64,000 nt of DNA from a virus. Both the position numbers and the translations under genes were made by a program. Where the stretch lies: positions 1 through 64,000 of the IMG/VR virus record IMGVR_UViG_3300036985_003303, one strand, 5' to 3'. This document shows, piece after piece, positions 35,004 to 43,670 of this stretch. Under the pieces are notes generated by a model that saw nothing but the letters and a program-made list of their open reading frames with translations, ran no database searches and was not told the DNA's origin. Each line of letters opens with the position of its first letter. Position 1 is the first letter of the stretch.

Positions 35004-36397
35004 TGAGCACAAATATATATAGAAATTTGCCAGGAAATGTACATGATGCGGCAGTTAATAGTAACGCGCCATCTGGTACAAATCCTTTTGCAACAGAATT
35101 AGATCTTGCAAATATCAATAATGTAGGAAATGCTAATTTATTAATAAGCGGTGGAGCGTCATGGTCTGGAACAGGACTTATCTTTAATACCACAGCTCTT
35201 ACATTTCAAATATCTGGAATTGTTTATACAGCAAATCCACAAACTATAACATTGCCTGCAAGCAACCCAACAAATCCTAGATTTGATGCAATAGTAGTAG
35301 ATGAAGCAGGTACAGTTTCTATAATATCAGGAACTGCTGCAGCAAATCCACTTACTCCGGCAATCAATGAAACATTTGTTCTTTTGCAATATGTATTAGT
35401 TGGAGCAGGTGCAACTGTACCAACGGTAACAAATGAATTTGTTTACAGAGATGGATCTAGTCCAGACTGGTTGCCAGTGTCGGTACCAGGAACAGCTCCT
35501 TTATTAGTTGCAAATTTTTCAAGTACTTTTCCTGCACCTTTTCAAGGTTCTGAATGTACTCTTGTAAATGCTCCTACATATAATGCAGGAAAGTATATTC
35601 AATATACAAAACCTGTTGGTACTATACCTAGAGCAACATTTGCTTTTTTATCATTTAGAGTTAATCTACCTGCAACCTTAGCTGCAAGAAATATTCAAGT
35701 ATCTCTTTTCAATGGAACTACTTTGATAGGATCTGTTCAAGCTACAGCTTGGGGATTAAATATGAGTAGTATAAATAACTGGCAATTGGTTTCTATTCCT
35801 ACAGGAGCATTTGGAAATGTTGCCATTACAACAATGACAAGGATTAGACTTTTTCTTACAGGTACAACAGCAAATACTTTTTCTACAGGAATAGATAGGT
35901 ATGCAGTTGATGATGTAAAATTTCAATCTGGATTTGGACCACAATCAAATGTAGCGACTATAGATATAGAAGCTAACGGGACTCCTATTGGATCTACAGC
36001 TAAGTTAAGTTTTATGCCAACAGTAGGAACAACATGGCAACTAACAAATGATTTAGTTAACAATAAAATAGAAGTAAGAGCTAACTCTATAAATGCAAGT
36101 GTTTTTCCTGAATTGGTAACACTTGGTAGGAATTTAGTAACTACGGATGCTGGGAAATTTTTAATGGTGGATTCAATAAATCCAGAAACTATGACTGTTC
36201 CATTAGGTAGCGTTGTTTCTATTCCTATAGGAAGCGTTATTAAAATTGCTCAACAAGGATTTGGTTCTGTAACTATAGCTGCTGCAGTAGGTGTAATAGT
36301 GTTATGTTCAGGTCCATTTATTATTCCTGGTCAATATAGAGTTGCTACATTAACAAAAACGGCTATAGATACTTGGTATTTAGAGTACAGTATATAA
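35003..36397 (+). CDS. Tail fibre/adhesin-like protein with carbohydrate-binding-like domain
   Basis: WQLVSIPTGAF...IRLFL...YAVDDVKF jelly-roll pattern; C-terminal fibre-type domain. Confidence 0.55.
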   Translation: MSTNIYRNLPGNVHDAAVNSNAPSGTNPFATELDLANINNVGNANLLISGGASWSGTGLIFNTTALTFQISGIVYTANPQTITLPASNPTNPRFDAIVVDEAGTVSIISGTAAANPLTPAINETFVLLQYVLVGAGATVPTVTNEFVYRDGSSPDWLPVSVPGTAPLLVANFSSTFPAPFQGSECTLVNAPTYNAGKYIQYTKPVGTIPRATFAFLSFRVNLPATLAARNIQVSLFNGTTLIGSVQATAWGLNMSSINNWQLVSIPTGAFGNVAITTMTRIRLFLTGTTANTFSTGIDRYAVDDVKFQSGFGPQSNVATIDIEANGTPIGSTAKLSFMPTVGTTWQLTNDLVNNKIEVRANSINASVFPELVTLGRNLVTTDAGKFLMVDSINPETMTVPLGSVVSIPIGSVIKIAQQGFGSVTIAAAVGVIVLCSGPFIIPGQYRVATLTKTAIDTWYLEYSI

Positions 36398-36408
36398 AAT
36401 AAAATAAA

Positions 36409-36954
36409 ATGAAAGGTGTTTGTTGTAAAATAGTAATGAGTGCTGGATATAAAGACACAGCACATTTTATAGATAGTGCATTTCACCCAAATATGGCAGG
36501 ATTTGCGGTTGGAGCTAGTACAATACTAGCAACCATTGCTTATTATTTCAATGTAATATTTGGCATAGAATTACCTGTAGGAATAGTTTTAATAGTCTTA
36601 TTTGGCTTAGAAATGTTTACCGGAATCAGAGCCTCTAGAACAGAGAACAAAACATTTGACTCAGAATTATTTGGAAAAGGTTGGTTAAAGTTGTTAATTT
36701 ACATGATAATGATTGGATGCTCCCATGCATTAGCTGTTCATGTTCCAGTAAAAACTTTTTTTAGTTGGGACTTTAACATTTATTCATGGTTGCATTATGG
36801 ATTTTATAACTTTGTACTGATAAACTTGATTTGGTCTAATTTAGAAAACTTTAAAAGACTTGGTTGGAATGAATATGTACCAATACTAAAGCAGTTGTCA
36901 AAGTACATTAAAGATGAACCTAAAACAAAAAATGATGGAAGAGAAAACAATTAA
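36409..36954 (+). CDS. Holin-like membrane protein
   Basis: 3-4 TM segments, LEMFTGIRAS, SNLENFKRLG; upstream of endolysin. Confidence 0.7.
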   Translation: MKGVCCKIVMSAGYKDTAHFIDSAFHPNMAGFAVGASTILATIAYYFNVIFGIELPVGIVLIVLFGLEMFTGIRASRTENKTFDSELFGKGWLKLLIYMIMIGCSHALAVHVPVKTFFSWDFNIYSWLHYGFYNFVLINLIWSNLENFKRLGWNEYVPILKQLSKYIKDEPKTKNDGRENN

Positions 36955-37159
36955 AGAAAGATGGAAAGCAAAAACACCAAAATTTTGGAAGAAAATGCAA
37001 AGAATTGGTATAGCAGCTGGAGTACTAGGCGGAATCCTTTTAGCTTCTCCTATAGCACTACCTGCGGCAATATTGACTGGAGCGGGTTATCTGATTGCAC
37101 TTGGTAGTGCAACTGCAACATTATCACAACTTACAGTTGAAAACCCTGAAACAAAGTAA
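36932..37159 (+). CDS. Small two-TM holin-like protein
   Basis: RWKAKTPKFWKK followed by two hydrophobic helices. Confidence 0.55.
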   Translation: MMEEKTIKERWKAKTPKFWKKMQRIGIAAGVLGGILLASPIALPAAILTGAGYLIALGSATATLSQLTVENPETK

Positions 37160-37161
37160 TC

Positions 37162-37455
37162 ATGGCAAAGAAAAAAGTTGAAGATTTCAAAGTGGATGTT
37201 GATACCAAGAAGGTAGATGTTCATGTAGAAAAAAAAGATGGCGGTTTTAAAGCTGAAGTCAATACTGAAAAGGTTGATGTAAAGTTTGAAAAAGGAACAA
37301 CTGGATCAGATTTTGATTTAGATTCTAAAAAACTTGACATCCATGTAAAAAAAGATGAAAACGGAACTACTGTTGAAGTAGATGCTGCAAATGGATTCTT
37401 AAAAAAGATTGGTAATCTTATCTCAAAGATTTTTGTTAAGAAATTTAACAAGTAA
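37162..37455 (+). CDS. Lys/Asp/Val repeat protein in lysis cassette
   Basis: Three ~20-aa repeats of the type D(T/S)KKVDVH.EK. Confidence 0.6.
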   Translation: MAKKKVEDFKVDVDTKKVDVHVEKKDGGFKAEVNTEKVDVKFEKGTTGSDFDLDSKKLDIHVKKDENGTTVEVDAANGFLKKIGNLISKIFVKKFNK

Positions 37456-37458
37456 AAA

Positions 37459-38145
37459 ATGGGAGAGTTAGATCTAAAAAAAATCAAGCAGGTTCCTTTA
37501 TCATCAGGTCAATACATTGATGAAGAAGTTAAAAAGGTTCAAATTGTTTTGCACCATACTGCTGGAAATTCATCTGCACCTGCAACTATTAAGATGTGGG
37601 ATACAGATGACAGAGGTAAAATTGCAACATGTATTGTAATCTCTGGAAAAGGTTTGTCTAAAGATACCTTTGATGGAGAGATTTGTCAAGCATTTGGTTC
37701 TAAAAAATGGGGTTATCACTTAGGTCTTAAACAAGATATTTTTAGATCTAAAGGTGTTGCATACAAATCCATTGATCCTATAGCTATAGGTATTGAGATA
37801 TGCAACTGGGGACCATTAGATAAAGTAGGTGATAAGTATTACAACTATGTGGATAGAGAAGTTTCTGTTGACCAAGTTTGTGTATTAAGCGCGCCTTACA
37901 AAGGACATCTATATTATCATGCATATACGGATGCTCAGATTGAATCAGTGCGTCAGCTGTTAGTTTACTGGAGCAAGATCCATGGAATTGATTTGACTTA
38001 TAACGAAGACATCTGGGGTATATCAGTTAGAGCTTTAAAAGGAGAGAATGGAGTTTTTACTCACAACTCATACCGTAAAGACAAATCTGATGTTTCTCCA
38101 CAACCAAAGTTAATTGCAATGCTTAAAGCATTAAAGAATGGCTAG
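37459..38145 (+). CDS. Endolysin, N-acetylmuramoyl-L-alanine amidase (Amidase_2)
   Basis: IVLHHTAG, IGIEICNWG, YTDAQIES, GVFTHNS..KDKSD. Confidence 0.9.
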   Translation: MGELDLKKIKQVPLSSGQYIDEEVKKVQIVLHHTAGNSSAPATIKMWDTDDRGKIATCIVISGKGLSKDTFDGEICQAFGSKKWGYHLGLKQDIFRSKGVAYKSIDPIAIGIEICNWGPLDKVGDKYYNYVDREVSVDQVCVLSAPYKGHLYYHAYTDAQIESVRQLLVYWSKIHGIDLTYNEDIWGISVRALKGENGVFTHNSYRKDKSDVSPQPKLIAMLKALKNG

Positions 38146-38431
38146 AAACTCATTAGCAGGTAAGTCTACTGGAACCAGTAAGTCTGCAAAGTATTTTGCT
38201 TCTAATCCTGAAGCGCGTAAGAAAAAGAATGAATACAACAAAGAGTATCATTCAAGTCCTTCGCGTATCAAATATAGAGAGCAATTAAATGAAGCTAATA
38301 GAAAATCTGGAACTTATGGTAACAAAGATGGCAAAGATAAGTCACATACTAAAAAAGGAACATTAGTAAATGAGAAAGCTTCTACAAACCGCGCTAGAAA
38401 TGGTAAAGGAAACAATGCTAGAAAAAAATAA
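38138..38431 (+). CDS. Basic hypothetical protein
   Basis: 97-aa Lys/Arg-rich ORF followed by a terminator at about 38461-38489. Confidence 0.65.
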   Translation: MARNSLAGKSTGTSKSAKYFASNPEARKKKNEYNKEYHSSPSRIKYREQLNEANRKSGTYGNKDGKDKSHTKKGTLVNEKASTNRARNGKGNNARKK

Positions 38432-38549
38432 ACTCCCCTTTGAATTTTATTTCATTGGCTAAAAGCACTTAGGAATAGGTGCTTTTTTTATTAAACATTA
38501 AATAGTTAAACATTTATTATTATATTTGACATAATAAACATTAAATATT

Positions 38550-38816
38550 ATGTCAGAACAAACCAACCAAGAAGAACGCGAGTACACTCCACAAGAGATA
38601 CGCGCCATGCAAGAAAAAACACTTGCATATTACAGGAGTCAAGAAAAGGTTCTTGCTACTCAATGTATTGTTGAGGAACTAAAAGCTCGCATTAAAAAAG
38701 CACAATTTGAAGCATTTGATTATTCGCTAAGAATGATGCAAATTAATCAAGCTATGCAGGATGCAGCTGAAGAGGAAGAAAAAGAAGCAAAAGAGTCTGA
38801 AACAAAAGAAGAGTAA
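38550..38816 (+). CDS. Coiled-coil hypothetical protein
   Basis: TATATTTG box at 38521 upstream. Confidence 0.65.
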   Translation: MSEQTNQEEREYTPQEIRAMQEKTLAYYRSQEKVLATQCIVEELKARIKKAQFEAFDYSLRMMQINQAMQDAAEEEEKEAKESETKEE

Positions 38817-38818
38817 TC

Positions 38819-39202
38819 ATGGCAAAAGCACTAGTTGTTAACAAGCAAGTGCCGCTATCTTTGATTGAAGTAATTAAGTTTCAAATAAACATGTATTGCT
38901 TCATAAATAAGATTAGGTTAAGTCCGGCACAATTAGATTGTTTGTCTTTATTGGGATTATACGGTGAAATGAACATGTCAGATTTCTGCAATGAAGTTAT
39001 TTCTGAAGAGATCTTTGGCAATGTTCAGACTACAAGAAACTTTATCACAAAGTGTGTAAAAGAAGATTTGGTAACTAGAAGTGGATTAGGAAACAAACTT
39101 GTTACATTAAACAAAGATTTGGAACTATTGACTGAGGGAACTATATTACTTAATTTAAAAGTATATCATCTTGAAACCGACCAAGGGCAAAGAGCTAATT
39201 AA
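38819..39202 (+). CDS. Putative winged-HTH protein
   Basis: LSPAQLDCLSLL...VQTTRNFITKCVKEDLV. Confidence 0.5.
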   Translation: MAKALVVNKQVPLSLIEVIKFQINMYCFINKIRLSPAQLDCLSLLGLYGEMNMSDFCNEVISEEIFGNVQTTRNFITKCVKEDLVTRSGLGNKLVTLNKDLELLTEGTILLNLKVYHLETDQGQRAN

Positions 39203-39566
39203 AAAAACAGCTCAAGAATTGAATTTACCAGAGGAGATGGTAAAAGATGTTGTTGAGTTTTACTATTCTATAGTAACTAGAAAGATTGAGAATTTAGAAA
39301 GTGCTACAATCTTTTTGCATGGATTAGGTACTCTTAGATTAAGCAGAAGAAAGCTTGAAAAGAATATTGAGAGAATGCAGAAATTATTGGAGAGTAATTC
39401 TCAAGAGGATTTTAAAAAAGTAATTAAGTTCAATCTTTCTAAAACACTATTGGACAGCAAAGTTAAAGGGTTAGAAATGTGTAATGAATACTATAAACCA
39501 TTATATGAAAAGCGTAATAAAAATTTGGAAAGCAAAAGGGCAAATCCTGGAGGGGATCAAGAATAA
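39171..39566 (+). CDS. HU/IHF-like DNA-binding protein
   Basis: ELIKKTAQELNLPEEMVKDVVEFYY...IFLHGLGTL. Confidence 0.65.
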   Translation: MKPTKGKELIKKTAQELNLPEEMVKDVVEFYYSIVTRKIENLESATIFLHGLGTLRLSRRKLEKNIERMQKLLESNSQEDFKKVIKFNLSKTLLDSKVKGLEMCNEYYKPLYEKRNKNLESKRANPGGDQE

Positions 39567-39831
39567 CATTTTCAAAAATGAGCATGTTGAAGAAATTGCC
39601 AAAGAAAGATGGGCTATCTGTGAACAGTGTCCAATAGTAGACAAAGAAGGAGATAAGTGTTTGGTTCCTGGAACCGGCCCATGTTGTGGATCTTGCGGAT
39701 GTAGCATGGGATTAAAACTAAGAGCACTTGGTTCTGATTGTCCAGAAGGTAAATGGGATGCAGTGTTGTCACATGAAGAAAGTTATTTACTACAAAAAAA
39801 ATTAGGAGATGACTCAGAACAAGAAAAGTAG
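39505..39831 (+). CDS. Cys-rich (Zn-finger-like) protein
   Basis: CEQC...C...CCGSCGC...K...CPEGKW. Confidence 0.65.
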   Translation: MKSVIKIWKAKGQILEGIKNNIFKNEHVEEIAKERWAICEQCPIVDKEGDKCLVPGTGPCCGSCGCSMGLKLRALGSDCPEGKWDAVLSHEESYLLQKKLGDDSEQEK

Positions 39832-40114
39832 TTTATATAATGCGGGTATTATGCCAATTGATCCTAGTGATGCACAAGGATTGTGGAGTCAAATAACTCA
39901 AGGTAGTACTATTCCTTATGATCCATACAAGACGGTATCAATTTCTGCAGATGAAAAAGAGTATTTGGAAACTATTGCTCTTGCTGCAGATTTGTTAGCT
40001 GGTGAAGTAATTTCATCTCAAGACTTTTTTAAGTTGAAACTATTACTTAAAAGTGCAGATGAAGAAGTAAGAAACACAGGTATCATATTTTTAAACCAAA
40101 AGGCAAAACTATGA
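39809..40114 (+). CDS. Hypothetical protein with C-terminal SxDxE motif
   Basis: ISSQDFFKLKLLLKSADEEVRNTG. Confidence 0.6.
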   Translation: MTQNKKSSLYNAGIMPIDPSDAQGLWSQITQGSTIPYDPYKTVSISADEKEYLETIALAADLLAGEVISSQDFFKLKLLLKSADEEVRNTGIIFLNQKAKL

Positions 40115-40950
40115 GTGTAAAATTTTATGCCGATGAACACAAATACATCAGTATTGATGAAAGAGATCCAATTGATTGGATAAGTGTGACAAGGTTGATT
40201 CATTACTTTAAAGAACCATTTGATACAATCAAAATGGCTGAGGCTTGTTCTAAAGGAAAGAATCCCAAGTATAACAAAATGACTCCTGAAGAAATTATTA
40301 AACTGTGGGAATCTGAAAATAAAAGAGCTGTTAACTTAGGTTCATGGTATCATGACCAAAGAGAAAAAGACGTTCTTGCTTGCAACACAATTACAAGAAA
40401 AGGAAAAGAGTTAACAATCATAAATCCTTTGATGGATGGATTAGTTAAACTTGCACCAGAACAACAATTAGTTGATGGTATTTATCCTGAGCATTTGGTT
40501 TATTTAAAATCGGCAGGTGTTTGTGGACAAGCAGATAGAATTGAAGTTGTAGATGAATTGATTGATGTCTATGACTACAAAACAAACAAAGAAATCAAAC
40601 TTCAAGGATTTACAGACAGGTTAGGTAAAAGTAAAAAACTACTTGGGCCACTTTCTCATTTGGATGAATGTAACTACAATGAATATGCTTTACAGTTAAG
40701 TACCTACATGTACATAATGTTGAAGCATAACTTTAATTTGAAACCAGGTAAAATCCAACTAGATCACATTGAATTTGAGATTGATCACTTGGATAAAAAT
40801 GGCTATCCTGTTGTTGCTACAGATGCTATGGGTGATCCGCTAGTAAAAAGTGTAGTACCGTATGAATTACCCTACATGAAAAAAGAAGTGATTGCTATGT
40901 TTAAGTATGTTCAAGAACACAGAGAAAAAATATTAAACCATGGCCATTAA
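40111..40950 (+). CDS. PD-(D/E)XK exonuclease
   Basis: SVTRLI, GSWYH, GQADRI, DYKTN, YALQLSTY. Confidence 0.85.
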   Translation: MSVKFYADEHKYISIDERDPIDWISVTRLIHYFKEPFDTIKMAEACSKGKNPKYNKMTPEEIIKLWESENKRAVNLGSWYHDQREKDVLACNTITRKGKELTIINPLMDGLVKLAPEQQLVDGIYPEHLVYLKSAGVCGQADRIEVVDELIDVYDYKTNKEIKLQGFTDRLGKSKKLLGPLSHLDECNYNEYALQLSTYMYIMLKHNFNLKPGKIQLDHIEFEIDHLDKNGYPVVATDAMGDPLVKSVVPYELPYMKKEVIAMFKYVQEHREKILNHGH

Positions 40951-41452
40951 ACTATTTGATGCAATAAATGGTAAAGTAGTTCCAACGGAACACTGCCAAA
41001 CTATTCCTTTCTTGAGAAGGATAATGGAAGAATATCCAGATAATCATTTAGAGATTTATGCTTACTTATTTTACATGAGTTGCAGGAGTTCTGAAAATCC
41101 ATATTTTAACCGACCTCAAGATGAAGTGCAAGATGAAATTCTTTCAGATTTAAATCCTAACTTTGATCCAGAAGATAGACTTATTCGTATGGCACTGGAT
41201 AGATGCAAAGACATGTATGAAACGCCAACCATTCGTGCTTACAATGGTATTTCTAACATGCTAGAAAAGTTAGCGTTTTATATGAACACTCAAACCATTA
41301 CAGATGGTAGAGATGGAAATATTACAGCTATTGTGAGTGCTGCAAAAAACTTTGATGCCATTCGTAAATCATTTAAAGGAGTGGCAAAAGATTTGGAAGA
41401 AGAACAATCATCAAGAGCCAGAGGTGGACAAAAACTAAGTTACGATGACTAA
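40940..41452 (+). CDS. Hypothetical protein (candidate terminase small subunit)
   Basis: Overlaps the TerL start; function from position only. Confidence 0.5.
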   Translation: MAIKLFDAINGKVVPTEHCQTIPFLRRIMEEYPDNHLEIYAYLFYMSCRSSENPYFNRPQDEVQDEILSDLNPNFDPEDRLIRMALDRCKDMYETPTIRAYNGISNMLEKLAFYMNTQTITDGRDGNITAIVSAAKNFDAIRKSFKGVAKDLEEEQSSRARGGQKLSYDD

Positions 41453-43670
41453 TGATGACCTAGGGGAGTTCCATCAAGATATACCTCTTTGGGACAATGG
41501 TGTTTGGACAACTTATAGTTTTCCAAGCAGACTTGATATGGCTACAACTTTAGAAGCAGATTATTTTAAAGAACCTGGTCAATATGATTTTGATGAAATA
41601 GTTCATGAGTTCCAAAAGCAAGGACTCAAATTTAAAAAAGTGAGTTATTTCTGTGATGCCGCAGATGGCACTAAAGACTTTATTGACTATTGGGATGATC
41701 AAAAATTAAAATGCAGAAAAGGAGTTTTGTTTTGGAAAGGTGATAAAAAGTATTACCTGCCGCGTGATTACTATTTCTGGATTAATTTTTTGCCAATCAT
41801 TGATAAAGTAAAAAGAAAAACAGATTTTCCAGACATACATGATGCGCAATATCACATGTCACTTTATGAAGCAATTGGAGAATTGTTTTATTTGCATGGA
41901 ATTATCTTAAAGAAAAGACAGTTTGGATCTTCATTCTACCATGGAGCCAAACTAGTAAATGTACTATGGTTTGAGTATGGACCAGTTCTTAAAATCGGTT
42001 CTTCATTAAGTGCTTATGTAACGGGGGTGAATGGTACTTGGAAAATGATCAATGAGTACAAAAACTTTTTGAATCAACATACTGCCTGGTACCGACCAAT
42101 GAATCCGTCAGGTGTCGGTGAGTGGCAACAGAAAATTGAGTATGTTGAAAATGGTAGAAAAACAGAAAGAGGTAGAAAAGGAGTTCTTCAAGCGTTGTCA
42201 TTTGAGCAATCAGATACAGCCGGTGTAGGGGGACTTTGTACTTTGTTCTTTTATGAAGAAGCAGGAATTGCCAAATCCATGGATAAAACATACGAGTTCA
42301 TGCTTCCTGCATTACAAGCCGGTGAAATTACTACAGGTTATTTTATTGCATCTGGAACCGTAGGTGATTTGAAACAGTGTGAACCTTTGCGTAAATACAT
42401 GCATAAAGCCAAGGGAAATGGATTCTATGAAGTAAAGAATAAATGGGCCGATCCAAAAGGAACAGTTCTTACCACAGGATTGTTTATTCCAGAACAATGG
42501 TCAATGCCTCCATACATTGATGAGTTTGGTAATTCTAAAGTAGAAGAAGCATTAGAAGCATTAATTGAGTTAAAGAAACAGTGGAAAAAAGATTTAGATC
42601 CAGAAACATATCAGATCCGTTGTTCTCAGCGACCAACTAACATGGAAGAAGCATTTGCCTTTAGAGGTGAAAGTATATTTCCATTGGAACTGGTTAAGTC
42701 ACACAAACGTGATATTGAAGAAGGTGATTATCCTTATTCTTGTTACAACTTAGCTTATGATAACAAAGGTGAGATTGTTGCATCACCTACAACCAAGAAA
42801 CCAATACTGATTTTTCCTACAGATAAAAGCGCAGAAGATAAATCTGGCGCAATACAAGTATGGGAAGAGCCAGATGAAGAAAAGGATTTTTGCACCACAT
42901 ATTTTGCATCTGTGGATCCCGTGTCTGAGGGAAAAACAGTAACCTCAGATTCACTTTGTTCTATTCATGTTTACAAGAATCCAATACAAGTACAAAGGGT
43001 ATTGGCTAATGGGGAAGTGGAAACATTCATTGAAGGAGATAAAATTGTAGCAGCCTGGACCGGCAGGTATGATGACATCAACAAAACACATGAAAGATTA
43101 GAACTTATCATTGAGTGGTATCAAGCATGGACAGTTGTTGAGAACAACGTGCCTCTATTTATACAATACATGCAGTTTAAGCGCAAGCAAAAGTATTTAG
43201 TGCCCTCTTCTCAAATAGTTTTTTCTAAAGAAGTACAGCAGTCTAAAACTCAATTCCAACAATATGGTTGGCGAAATGTTTCCACCATATTTAAGACTGT
43301 AATGTTGAGTTATTTAATTGAGTACCTTAGAGAAGAACTTGATGTGGAAACAGATGAAGACGGGAAGATCTATAAGAAGCATTATGGTATATCCAGAATC
43401 CCTGATTACATGGCCATGGTTGAGATGGAACACTACCAACCTGGAGTCAATGTGGATAGATTAATTTCTTTGGGAGCTTTGATTACATTTGTAAAAATAC
43501 AAGAAGCAAGCAGAGGTTTGAAGAAAAGAGTTGAATATGATAATGAAGAAGATTTGGAAAAGTCAGAAAATTTGTATAAATTAAATAGGAGTCCTTATAG
43601 ACATCTTGGATCAAGCAGTGAATCTTTAAGTATGAAGAAACCGCGCAATCCATTTAAAAACTTTAGATAA
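41445..43670 (+). CDS. terL: Terminase large subunit
   Basis: KKRQFGSS ATPase motif, FFYEEAG Walker B, SGT, ASVDPV nuclease Asp; 741 aa upstream of portal. Confidence 0.9.
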   Translation: MTNDDLGEFHQDIPLWDNGVWTTYSFPSRLDMATTLEADYFKEPGQYDFDEIVHEFQKQGLKFKKVSYFCDAADGTKDFIDYWDDQKLKCRKGVLFWKGDKKYYLPRDYYFWINFLPIIDKVKRKTDFPDIHDAQYHMSLYEAIGELFYLHGIILKKRQFGSSFYHGAKLVNVLWFEYGPVLKIGSSLSAYVTGVNGTWKMINEYKNFLNQHTAWYRPMNPSGVGEWQQKIEYVENGRKTERGRKGVLQALSFEQSDTAGVGGLCTLFFYEEAGIAKSMDKTYEFMLPALQAGEITTGYFIASGTVGDLKQCEPLRKYMHKAKGNGFYEVKNKWADPKGTVLTTGLFIPEQWSMPPYIDEFGNSKVEEALEALIELKKQWKKDLDPETYQIRCSQRPTNMEEAFAFRGESIFPLELVKSHKRDIEEGDYPYSCYNLAYDNKGEIVASPTTKKPILIFPTDKSAEDKSGAIQVWEEPDEEKDFCTTYFASVDPVSEGKTVTSDSLCSIHVYKNPIQVQRVLANGEVETFIEGDKIVAAWTGRYDDINKTHERLELIIEWYQAWTVVENNVPLFIQYMQFKRKQKYLVPSSQIVFSKEVQQSKTQFQQYGWRNVSTIFKTVMLSYLIEYLREELDVETDEDGKIYKKHYGISRIPDYMAMVEMEHYQPGVNVDRLISLGALITFVKIQEASRGLKKRVEYDNEEDLEKSENLYKLNRSPYRHLGSSSESLSMKKPRNPFKNFR

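Noticed and set aside
41445-43670. Intein or intron in terminase or polymerase
   Set aside because: Lengths are ordinary, ATPase and nuclease motifs are contiguous, and no C...HN splice or LAGLIDADG signatures were seen.
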